From NCBI GenBank assembly GCA_002328025.1, contig DCVE01000003.1:17222-81221 (forward strand): a DNA stretch of 64,000 nt. Reading direction: 5' to 3'. Shown one piece after another: positions 30,833 to 40,300 of this stretch. How positions within the stretch are numbered: position 1 is the first letter of the stretch; every line of letters begins with the position of its first letter. The notes below the pieces were generated by a model. The model saw only the letters and a list, made by a program, of their open reading frames with translations, did no database searches and was not told the origin of the DNA. This DNA comes from Patescibacteria group bacterium UBA2196. Lineage in GTDB: Bacteria; Patescibacteriota; Patescibacteriia; UBA2196. The translations under genes and the position numbers were made by a program.

Positions 30833-31546
30833 CTACTCTTCCACCTGCATTAAATCTGTGGACAACATTTTTTGCTGACTATAGACTTCCAAATTGTAAG
30901 TGTTATAAAACAATTCAATTAAACTTTGAGTATCTAATTGCACAGCCGAAACACCCATGGATGATAAACCAGAAACCACTCGATCAACCCTTTTTTCAAT
31001 CTGTTTTTTATAATCAAATAAAACTTTTTCACTCATTCGAATGGCAGAAACTGGCGACAGAGCATGACCCAAACGCACAAAAAAATTCTCTTTGGTTTCT
31101 CCGCCCGGAATATACGGCACCACAACATAAAACTTTTTTGACATAATATCCCCCAGTTCCACCAATTCTTTTATGTATTGTACATATTCCTTGGTTTGGA
31201 TACGCAGCAATTCGTTGGTTTGGACTTTTTCTTTAACTGCAATATCAGCCAAATATTTATCAATGTTTAATTTTCTGGACTGCACCACAATCTGCAATGG
31301 AAAATCAATAAAATTTAAAAAGTTAACATATTGGCTCACAATGCCTTCCTGCTCCTCCGCTGATTTTAAGGAAAAATTAATTGACGAAGCCAGTAATACT
31401 ACGCGGATAGAACCGTCCTTCATCAACAACATATCGGAACGAATTTCCGCTATTTCCATATATTGTTGGGTGGACGGTAATGTTGATTTTTGTTGAATTT
31501 CTTTGCCAGACATAATAAAAATTAATTTACAATTTATAATTTTCAA
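30833..31546 (-). CDS. stand-alone protein resembling the VirB4/CagE/TrbE N-terminal domain
   Basis: LLMKDGSIRVVLLASSINFSLKSAEEQEGIVSQYVNFLNFIDFPLQIVVQSRK follows the PF03135-like pattern (kDGs...l.g.d...eE.e...n.L..L...q...r); no Walker motifs. Confidence 0.4.
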   Translation of the reverse strand: MKIINCKLIFIMSGKEIQQKSTLPSTQQYMEIAEIRSDMLLMKDGSIRVVLLASSINFSLKSAEEQEGIVSQYVNFLNFIDFPLQIVVQSRKLNIDKYLADIAVKEKVQTNELLRIQTKEYVQYIKELVELGDIMSKKFYVVVPYIPGGETKENFFVRLGHALSPVSAIRMSEKVLFDYKKQIEKRVDRVVSGLSSMGVSAVQLDTQSLIELFYNTYNLEVYSQQKMLSTDLMQVEE

Positions 31547-31617
31547 TTTCTAGATAATGTATTAATTATTTAATTTTCCATGTCTAAATTTTATAATATT
31601 AAAAATTAGAAATTATC
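31530..31617 (-). promoter_or_regulatory. AATTTCT-motif copies upstream of the 237-aa gene
   Basis: AATTTATAATTTTCAATTTCTAGA and AAAAATTAGAAATTA. Confidence 0.35.
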
Positions 31618-32052
31618 TCACTCTCCTTTATACATTCCGCCAGTATCTACGATCAAAGCCAACTCAATTAAACGCGATGAAACTGGTCTAGCCTTAAAAG
31701 CCAGTTTCTCAATTGGCTTTCTTTGAGCGTTTTTTTCTCTTTCCAGTTGAAATTTTATTTCATCCAAAGAAATATTCTTATTCCAGACTCGCAAATTAGG
31801 CCTTTTAAAACTTTGAATTATATTTAACAAAAAAAGATGAAATGGTTGACCATTAATTCTTACAAAAGCCAAAACCAATGCCGGTGCAAAAAAAATGAAA
31901 ATAGACACAATAAAAGCTGAGGTTGAAATTCTAAAAACTATTATTTCCACCACCACCGCAATAATAACAATTAAAAACTGCCTAGTCGTAACAGACAGAA
32001 AAATTTTATTTTCTTCTTCAATAAATTGTGGCACCACAAATCTTGATGGCAT
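31618..32052 (-). CDS. PrgI/VirB3-like small two-TM T4SS protein
   Basis: VPQFIEEENKIFLSVTTRQFLIVIIAVVVEI matches the PrgI-family pattern (p.d..e.ki.g.lt.rQ); two TM helices; positioned before VirB4 as in Gram-positive T4SS. Confidence 0.5.
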   Translation of the reverse strand: MPSRFVVPQFIEEENKIFLSVTTRQFLIVIIAVVVEIIVFRISTSAFIVSIFIFFAPALVLAFVRINGQPFHLFLLNIIQSFKRPNLRVWNKNISLDEIKFQLEREKNAQRKPIEKLAFKARPVSSRLIELALIVDTGGMYKGE

Positions 32053-32059
32053 AAAAAAG

Positions 32060-32140
32060 GTGTGGGGAATTTTGATGCCTTCGGCATATCAAAGTTCCCG
32101 TTTTTGCTACAAAAATCCAAGCAGTTGGATTTTTGCCTAA
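32060..32140 (-). terminator. tandem hairpins (terminator-like) downstream of the 401-aa gene
   Basis: GATGCC-TTCG-GCATATC and ATCCAAGCAGTTGGAT hairpins with T-runs on the minus strand; probable transcription-unit boundary. Confidence 0.4.
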
Positions 32141-32149
32141 CGCAAAAAC

Positions 32150-33355
32150 TTAAAAATTTAACTGTTCGTTTAGATCGGCAATAGCTTCAAACTCTTCAGC
32201 CGAAAGCTGGTGGTGTCTTTGTAAAACCACTGCCACCCTCTCACTAGAAACCAAGGCCTCATTACCCACTGCTACATATTCTTGATAAATTGGCGATCTT
32301 TTCCACGCCATAATACCCTTGACCTTCTCTTCTACAGAATCGTGTTCTAAAATATTTATTTTTTCATAAATTTTATTTACCGCTTCTTTTGGCACGCGAC
32401 CCAAAACTCTAAACTCATTCAAAGAAATATTGGCCAGTTCCTCCAGCGGACCGACTAATTTGCGATCACCTGGCTGACGAACAGCAAAATATGCATCAGC
32501 GACTGGCACTTTAATTTTTGCTTCCGCAGATTTACTTTGTGGCGGAATAATTTCCTGCATTTTATTTGCCGGCTGCTGAAATATGGGTGATCTAACTGGC
32601 ATTGCTGACTTGGGTAAATAAATTTCAGGTTGATTTTCTTTTTCTTCTAATGGTGGTTTTTTAATATTCGTCACCATACTGCTGATAAACATTTTATCCA
32701 AAGCAACAATCTGTTCCTGAATTTTACTAGGATTAAGTTCGCCCAAAACCACGGCTTCTTTTTCAATTAGTTTGACCAACTCTTCTGCTTCGTTTATCAA
32801 AAAATTAAGACCGCCCTTGTCAACTTTTTTTACTAACGCTTCCTTGGTTTCCAACGTACTGCGCACAGCCCTAAGGCGTGAAATAATAATTTTTTTTAAA
32901 CGCAAACGGTCTTCAACAGATAAATTATTAACCGTCCCCTGTTTTAAGGCCAGCTCATTAATTATTTTCTCCGCCAGTAATCCGGCCAACTTATCTAAAT
33001 TATTTTTTAATTCATCTTTTTTATCATTTTGGTACTGTTGGGCCTCTTCCTCATCTTTAACATCAAAATAAAAAGCCGGCGCCGTTGATTTTTTTGTTTC
33101 TTGAGCCATGGGTGGCAAAACCTCTTCTTTTTTAATCACCGCAGCATTAACATTGGTATTTTTCTGCTGTACAAAAGCATTAACCGCCACCTCATCGGCT
33201 TTTTCCATTATAATTTTATTTTCCTGTTCAGCTGATACTTTATTATTTTCTTTAATTTCAAACTGTTTATCATTTAATGTTGAACCACCCGATGCAACCC
33301 CGACTGCCACGTTCTTAAAAGCTCCTGTTTTTGTTTTTATTAAAATGTTATCCAT
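32150..33355 (-). CDS. hypothetical Lys/Glu-rich coiled-coil protein
   Basis: 401 aa, no TM, no known motif. Confidence 0.45.
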   Translation of the reverse strand: MDNILIKTKTGAFKNVAVGVASGGSTLNDKQFEIKENNKVSAEQENKIIMEKADEVAVNAFVQQKNTNVNAAVIKKEEVLPPMAQETKKSTAPAFYFDVKDEEEAQQYQNDKKDELKNNLDKLAGLLAEKIINELALKQGTVNNLSVEDRLRLKKIIISRLRAVRSTLETKEALVKKVDKGGLNFLINEAEELVKLIEKEAVVLGELNPSKIQEQIVALDKMFISSMVTNIKKPPLEEKENQPEIYLPKSAMPVRSPIFQQPANKMQEIIPPQSKSAEAKIKVPVADAYFAVRQPGDRKLVGPLEELANISLNEFRVLGRVPKEAVNKIYEKINILEHDSVEEKVKGIMAWKRSPIYQEYVAVGNEALVSSERVAVVLQRHHQLSAEEFEAIADLNEQLNF

Positions 33356-33419
33356 ATTCTATAATTATATCACACAAAACGCCTTTTTGTGTATTTATCA
33401 CCCGAAACTAATAAAATTA

Positions 33420-34235
33420 TTATTCGCTCCACACAAATTTATTCTGTTCCTCATCCCCATACGCAATTTCCGCGTATTCCAACTCATTGTTTTTAGCAGC
33501 CAAAGCCGCCAAACCAGTTCCTATCATCGCCGAGTCTTGAGAAGCAACCCCCATTTTTTTCTCCGCAATCAAACGGATAAATAAAATAATAAATTTTTTC
33601 TGTGCCGGATTGGTTTTAAATTCTTCCCAGTCTTTTTTATCTGGTCGGTTATTTAAAAAATTTTGCATAAAAGAACCGTAACGTTGATCCGCACTAAAAA
33701 ATTTACGCACACCAGAATTAAATATTTGTCGCGACATACCACAAAAACGAATTTTATCACCACCATTAATGGCTTGGTAAAACAAATCTTTAAATTTAAC
33801 TTCATCACCAGAGGCTTCTTCCGTCACTCTTTTTTCCGCTGCCAAAATATTTTGAAAAAAAGACGAGGCTGTAAAAGCTTGATAAGCTGTTGGTAGATCA
33901 GTAATGGTTTTTAATTCTTCTTTTATTACTTTTTCTTCTACGTTTTTATGTTTAGCCCGATAAAGTTCGTCAATTTCATCATAAATTTCAATTAAAACAT
34001 TTTCAAAAAGTTCGTCATCAACCCTTTCTGCTTTATCCATATCATCATGAGAAATAAATAATAAAAATTTATGCCAATCCCTCACGTCAAACTCTAAGTC
34101 TTTCATTTGTTGCCAAACTTTTAAACAATTTTCTTTTTGGGCAACAGAAAAATTCTCGTCCAAAATGGTAATTACTTTGGCTTCAACCTCATCAGAATTC
34201 AAATAATTTAAAACTTGTTGATATTTTTCTTCCAT
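33420..34235 (-). CDS. hypothetical acidic cytoplasmic protein
   Basis: 271 aa; no TM; follows VirB6-like gene after a 19-nt gap. Confidence 0.45.
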   Translation of the reverse strand: MEEKYQQVLNYLNSDEVEAKVITILDENFSVAQKENCLKVWQQMKDLEFDVRDWHKFLLFISHDDMDKAERVDDELFENVLIEIYDEIDELYRAKHKNVEEKVIKEELKTITDLPTAYQAFTASSFFQNILAAEKRVTEEASGDEVKFKDLFYQAINGGDKIRFCGMSRQIFNSGVRKFFSADQRYGSFMQNFLNNRPDKKDWEEFKTNPAQKKFIILFIRLIAEKKMGVASQDSAMIGTGLAALAAKNNELEYAEIAYGDEEQNKFVWSE

Positions 34236-34254
34236 AAAGCTTGTTCTTATTATT

Positions 34255-37200
34255 TTATGTTAAAGGCTCAAAGCGTCCCAGCACTCGCTTGGCAATGGTT
34301 TCCATGGCTGTACGTGCGGCTGTTCTCTCTAAATCAGTTGATTTTGTTTTGTATTCCTCAAACTGTGCATCAAATTCATTTAAATCATTCAAGTATGTTT
34401 GATCATTAATCAAGCCCGCATAATCACCCAACTGTCGCATTGATTTAGCCAACCGCTTAATTTCTTTGGTTGTAGTGAGTTGAACACTTGTCGGTGCGCC
34501 AACTAGGTTTGGTATCGCAGCCTGATGTTGCGGACCTTTTAAAGCACCCAGATTTGTTTTCACCTTACTTGCAACTTTCATTGTCTTTTGTCTCACTTTT
34601 TGTCGTGCTGCAGGAGTATTTCTGTAACCCTTCTCCTCATTAATCAAAAATTGTTTGAATGTTTTTTTCCAATTGGAAGAATCTTGAATATCCATAATTA
34701 TACTATCTGTAGTGTTTATAACATCAGAACCTTGAGCATACATTAAATCATTAAATGCCTTATACATTTTTGACTTCTCAAACTCTTCTACTAATTCAGT
34801 GCCAGCATATTTTTGTCCGGTATCACTATTAATAAGGTTAATTTTAGAACTTTCTACTTTTTTTTCTATAGAATCAACTAATTCTGAAACTTTATTTTTT
34901 AAAATATCAGTGTTGGCTTGCGTTAAATTTTTAGCAGCTTCTTGTCTTGCTTCATAAATAAGATCTAAGGCTGGTTGTAAATCCATATCAGCAATTATTT
35001 GCTTTTTAACAGCCTCACCAACTTCTGTTTCTTCGTGAATACCCAAAACTCTTTCTTCTTTATCTTTTTGTGCCTCAGCTGTAATTATTTTCTTTCTTTT
35101 ATTCACTAAGTAACCAGGATCTTCTCTTTTTCCAACTCCGTTTGTAACACTAGCATTCAAGAAACCACTACTCCCAGTCCCAGGGGCTACCCTTGCCCTT
35201 CCCATTGTGTCAGACTCAGAAGCAACGTCAGCCCTAATTTCTCTTGTTTGAGGATTATAATTTTTCGCATCTTTCATTGCCACCAGTTCGTTTCTTAGTT
35301 TAACCATCTTTGCTCTTCTGGTGCTATCTTCTTCATTAGTACCAATAATTGTCTGATTATTAGCTTCATCATCAGCTAAAATATTATCTATCTGGTCTAT
35401 TATTTGGTTACGTTCAGTTGTACTCAAATAACCCAAATCTGTTCTATCAGCCGCCATACTGTAAAACTCATGCACAGCCTTATTATTACGCGGCAAAGAA
35501 GCCATGGCTTTAAGTTTACTACCATCAATTAAATCTTGGGTTTTAACATTTTTATATCCTTTTTTAACATTGGCCATTCTATCATCCTCGGTCAACTCCA
35601 CATATTCTCCCGACTTATTTATGCCAAAATTCCTCTTTAAAGGCACTGATTTATCACCAGCTTTTTCCTGTGTGTCCCAAGCTGTACTTAGATAACCCCT
35701 AAGGCGTTCTTTTCCAGCTTCTGTTTTCATTGTGCCCTCAAATTTTTCAAAGAATTTCTTGGTTTCTTCTGCTGTTAATTCCTGGCTTTTTGCCATTTCC
35801 ATCATGGCCGCAACAGCACGTGACAAATCTCCTTTATCGCGCGCTGCACCCAAAGCGTCTTTTCTTGTTTTTGAATTCTTGAAATCACCCGCATCTTCCA
35901 TATCTTTTTTCGCTTTCATTGCTTTTTGCCATTCAAATCTTTCTATCGCACCTTTACGACCACCCAAATATTCTTGCATTCTGGCCTTTTTCTTAGCTTC
36001 CTGCATTTCCGTGTGTTCCTTGTCTAAACCAATGGTACGACCAACCCAAGTTCTAGATCCACGTTGTGCTAATGCTGTTACACCCTGACCAACATAGCTT
36101 GCCTTTGTTTTTTTCCATGCTTTTCTTCCTAACGCCTGTGGTCGTCTTTGAATCCACTTACCCGCCCCTTCCAATTTCCCAAACGCTGTACCAGCAAAAG
36201 ACGCGCCAGCCACGCCCGATTGTGAGGCAATTTTCAAAGTTAAAAGTAACAAACCGCAAGTAACCAAATAGTCCACCAAATTTTGTGTACCCGAAGCCTT
36301 GCTGGCAAACGCCTGCCAAGACGGATCACTGGCTTGCACATTACCTTGGCTAACCGCACTCTTAAATTGTAAAGCCACAATATGTTTTTCTGCTGTCATT
36401 TCTGAAATAACCGCCAACGATAACCACAACATAAAAGCAACAATTGGACCTTGAATAAGATATTTAATAAATGTTGACCACCATTCTTTAACTTTTGATT
36501 CACCTTCACCGGGTAAAACTCCAGCCATAAAAGCTATAGGTGACAACATAACCAAAAACCATAAATACAAAATACGCCACAAAAGCATCATGACTAAAGA
36601 AATCACCACTAAAAAAGCCACCAAAACCATCAGCGCGCCCAAAGCCAATGCCCCCAAAACCGACCAATTATCCACACTACTTTCCAATCCGGCTCCCGCG
36701 CCTACACCACCGCGAGCTGTATTACGCACCGAGATAATGTCATTAATACCAAAACCATAGGTTAAATTGCCAGCCGCGGCCTCACGAAAAGCATTCACAA
36801 AAGTCATCATGAACACCTGCGCCAAATCAATACACAAACCAGCAATGGTTTTGGAAAAATTAATCAAAATTGCGGCCAATAAAAGTTTGGGCAACAGTGT
36901 TTGATATTGGTACGACTTGGCTCTCAGCACTGTATAAAAAGCCATCAATAAAAGCACTATAGTAATGGCAATATTACACACATCACGAATTACCACCCAA
37001 CCCTTATTGACAATTGGTGAATTTATAAAATCAGTATAGCTGGCCACCTGAATTAAAATTTCAATCGCCTTAACCAACAAATTACCCATGATATAGACGA
37101 AACTTTGAAACAACCAACTTAAAAGCGAAACCAAAATTGAACCCAGTGTGTTACTGGTATCGGCAAAAACAGAACGTGGAAACAAAATTAATATAAAGAC

Positions 37201-37257
37201 ACTTACCAAGTAGGGAAAGTATTTTTTATAATTATATTTTTTTAGAGTCAAAAACAT
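34255..37257 (-). CDS. VirB6/TrbL-like polytopic T4SS channel protein with long C-terminal extension
   Basis: signal peptide, about eight TM helices in the first ~400 aa (Trp/Leu-rich TrbL-like region), then ~600 aa of Lys/Glu-rich coiled coil. Size and topology resemble PrgH/ConG/TcpH. Confidence 0.65.
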   Translation of the reverse strand: MFLTLKKYNYKKYFPYLVSVFILILFPRSVFADTSNTLGSILVSLLSWLFQSFVYIMGNLLVKAIEILIQVASYTDFINSPIVNKGWVVIRDVCNIAITIVLLLMAFYTVLRAKSYQYQTLLPKLLLAAILINFSKTIAGLCIDLAQVFMMTFVNAFREAAAGNLTYGFGINDIISVRNTARGGVGAGAGLESSVDNWSVLGALALGALMVLVAFLVVISLVMMLLWRILYLWFLVMLSPIAFMAGVLPGEGESKVKEWWSTFIKYLIQGPIVAFMLWLSLAVISEMTAEKHIVALQFKSAVSQGNVQASDPSWQAFASKASGTQNLVDYLVTCGLLLLTLKIASQSGVAGASFAGTAFGKLEGAGKWIQRRPQALGRKAWKKTKASYVGQGVTALAQRGSRTWVGRTIGLDKEHTEMQEAKKKARMQEYLGGRKGAIERFEWQKAMKAKKDMEDAGDFKNSKTRKDALGAARDKGDLSRAVAAMMEMAKSQELTAEETKKFFEKFEGTMKTEAGKERLRGYLSTAWDTQEKAGDKSVPLKRNFGINKSGEYVELTEDDRMANVKKGYKNVKTQDLIDGSKLKAMASLPRNNKAVHEFYSMAADRTDLGYLSTTERNQIIDQIDNILADDEANNQTIIGTNEEDSTRRAKMVKLRNELVAMKDAKNYNPQTREIRADVASESDTMGRARVAPGTGSSGFLNASVTNGVGKREDPGYLVNKRKKIITAEAQKDKEERVLGIHEETEVGEAVKKQIIADMDLQPALDLIYEARQEAAKNLTQANTDILKNKVSELVDSIEKKVESSKINLINSDTGQKYAGTELVEEFEKSKMYKAFNDLMYAQGSDVINTTDSIIMDIQDSSNWKKTFKQFLINEEKGYRNTPAARQKVRQKTMKVASKVKTNLGALKGPQHQAAIPNLVGAPTSVQLTTTKEIKRLAKSMRQLGDYAGLINDQTYLNDLNEFDAQFEEYKTKSTDLERTAARTAMETIAKRVLGRFEPLT

Positions 37258-37346
37258 TTTTTAAATATCAAATTACAAATTTCCAACGTTAAACTAATGC
37301 TAAATTTCAAATGTAAAAACTTTTCAACCTTTGATATTTAATCATT

Positions 37347-37397
37347 TGAAATTGATTGAAAATTTGGCATTTGGATTTTTAAATTTCTAATTTTTTG
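37347..37397 (-). promoter_or_regulatory. AATTTCT-motif copies upstream of the VirB6-like gene
   Basis: GAAATTGATTGAAAATTT and TTAAATTTCTAATTTTTTG in the 140-nt gap before the start. Confidence 0.35.
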
Positions 37398-37399
37398 TT

Positions 37400-40300
37400 T
37401 TATCTTGGAAAAACCATAACTTCCACTCCGCTATTTTGCCAACTGGCCGGACATATACTACTGTTGGTGCCCCGCACACCATTATTGCACCAGCCCCAAT
37501 TATCTTTAATTTGCACCCGTGGTTCAAACAAACACGACCCATCACGAGCACTCCACCCCACACCGCCCTCTTGGCAAGTATATGTATGTGTCATAATATG
37601 CGGATCATTGAGTGTTGGATTGCTATTATATACATGCGGCGCAATACGCAAATTCACAATGTCATTAATCTTTCCATCACCCCAATCAACCGAAATACCA
37701 GTTAAAGGCAACTGATTAATATTGACATTAGAATTAAATTTGATGGTCACACCAATATTACCAGTCCCCACAACCCGACCTCTGGTTTGATTGTTGACAG
37801 TTAAATGATCAATGCCAGGTGCTGTGCCTTTGGTCGCCCGTGCATCCCAACAAGCATCACGTAAAGCCACACAAGTTGCATAATTTCGATCACTTGGACT
37901 GCCACAATCAACGCCAGAATTATACGAGCAAATTTGCGAATATTTATTATCATCAGCATACCAATACCAAACATTTAAACCGCGCGCAAAAAGATTAGAC
38001 AGTCTTTCTGTACCTTGTTTATAATCCCCAGCAATTTTTTGCTTTTGTCCCTCGCTCAATTTTATACCCATACAGGTGCCGGTTTGACCACTCAAACCAA
38101 AACCACAATCATAATCTTCAGTACAAGCCTTACCTAAACTTTCGCTATCGCCGGCTATACAGGTGGGCTCATAATTAATACCAGATTTGCCAACCACCAC
38201 AGCACACGCTCCTATCTGACTGTTTGTACTACAATCACCACTATTACTACATGGTTGATCCAATTTACCTGAATTAGTACAATATTTTTGCACCTTTTGA
38301 TCAATAGCAAACGGTGAACCAGCCCGCACTTGATACGGCGCCATATAACTGGAAGAAACTGCGGGTGGCTGTACAAATAATGGATCCGTCCATCTATCAG
38401 GAAAATTAGTATCTTTAGCCGGCGGCACTGCCGCGCCATACGGCGCATAATCCTGATTATAATTATAATTTAAAATATTAGAAGCATCATTCCAACCATT
38501 AGCCAAAATTTTATTTGACCACGCATAACCCTGACCATATGGATCAATAACTTGAGCTATAACATTGCAAGGTTCGCGTAGATAATAGGTCACACCATAT
38601 CTAACAAAACCAACATATCCGCCATGATTACACAGCCCTGCTTGCAAACCTCCATATTTACCAGCTTCAAAAACAGCGTGTACACCAAAAAAATCACTCG
38701 AAGTGCTAGTACAATTACCTAATATGCTTCTTATTTTATTCCAATCATCAAGATTGCTTTTTCCACCCAAAGACAGACTTGCAGACCAATTATTTTTTCT
38801 ATCCAAAACAAGATAAGCGTTATCATTATCTTTTTTACTGAAACAATGTCTATCCTTACCACCCTCTTCACATAATGGCGTCAAAACAATTCTTTCAATA
38901 TCAACTAAACGTAAATTAGCTTCTTCTACAGTAGCAATAGTAGTAATTCGACCACTACCACCTGTCCAACCGCAATGTGCTATGTCTGAAGGATTACTAG
39001 AATCACATTGATCATCCCAATTTTTATACATCAAATTCCAGGCTGCCGGTCTACCGGTCCCTAGCTCAGAATCTTTTATACCATCAGATATCGTCCCTGG
39101 ATTTCTGTGTCTTACAAACGGATAATTACCCGCCGCTTCCAAACAATAATACAGTGGTTTACGATCTTTGTAGCCCACCTGTGGATCGTTTCCAAACACA
39201 TCACTTTCGCCCGGAATAATATCCACCGGCCACCAATTTAAACATTGACTGGGTTTACCAGGATCAGGTTCCACACAAAATCCCTGCCAGCCATTATAAA
39301 GTTTACCACCCGACCAATCTGTGTATTGACAAGCCGGCGCACTGGAAGATGGATACAGACGGCACATACGCGCCACGTAACTCCCTTCTGCATTCGTACT
39401 CACAGTATTTTGCACATGCAAAACCGACTGTGCAGAGACATTATCAATATAAAACGCCTTGGAAAAACTGTCAGCCGCTGAATTATCGCTTCTAAGTTGG
39501 TTAAAAATAAGTTCAGTGTAACCAGCTGGCAAACGCACATCAATTTTTTTAACCGTACTAGTCCCCGCTCCACCAATTGAAAAAGCAGTATTATATAAAT
39601 TACGATAACTTACATTTCCAGAACCCACCTCAGTCGTGCGCGCTGCCAGCCGAATAGCTTTTGTTTCACCAGCCGTGCCAGCATTAAAAGCAATAACCAC
39701 ATCATTGGTGGCTTTAATTTCGCCCAACGGCACCATGGCGCCGGCATAAGCGTCACCGGTTCCCGTTAAGGCCGCCAACTGTTCTTTTTCTACTGCCACC
39801 TGTAAAAAATTATTGCCCGCATGCAAAATATCTTTCATTAAACCAATTTCGCCTAAACTGTTATTTTTCCACGGCCAGACATCACTTAATTCAAAATTAC
39901 CATTCGGCACATTAAAATTCTCGCCCATCGTATTCATTAAGGCATAATGTTTATAACCCTCAACCACCTTTATTCCACCCCAATCCATACCAACTTTTGA
40001 ATAGCCAGATAAATTTTTAAACTTTTTTTCGGCCGCCACAGCAGCCTGTTCTTTTTCAGTTGCAACTACGGTGTTTCCATAAACCAAATTTGGACTTGGA
40101 AAGGTCTGATTGGCGCTGGTTATGCCCAGCTGTCCTAAATTGGCCGCTACTTCACAGTCTTTGGTTTTGGGGTTTAAACGATTGCACAGACCTACATCAA
40201 AACACAAACTTTGATTTTGGTTAAGCGCGCTTTTAACTGTCACTGCACTACGACAATACAACCAAGTATCACACACTCGATCGCGTTCCACTTTTAACAC

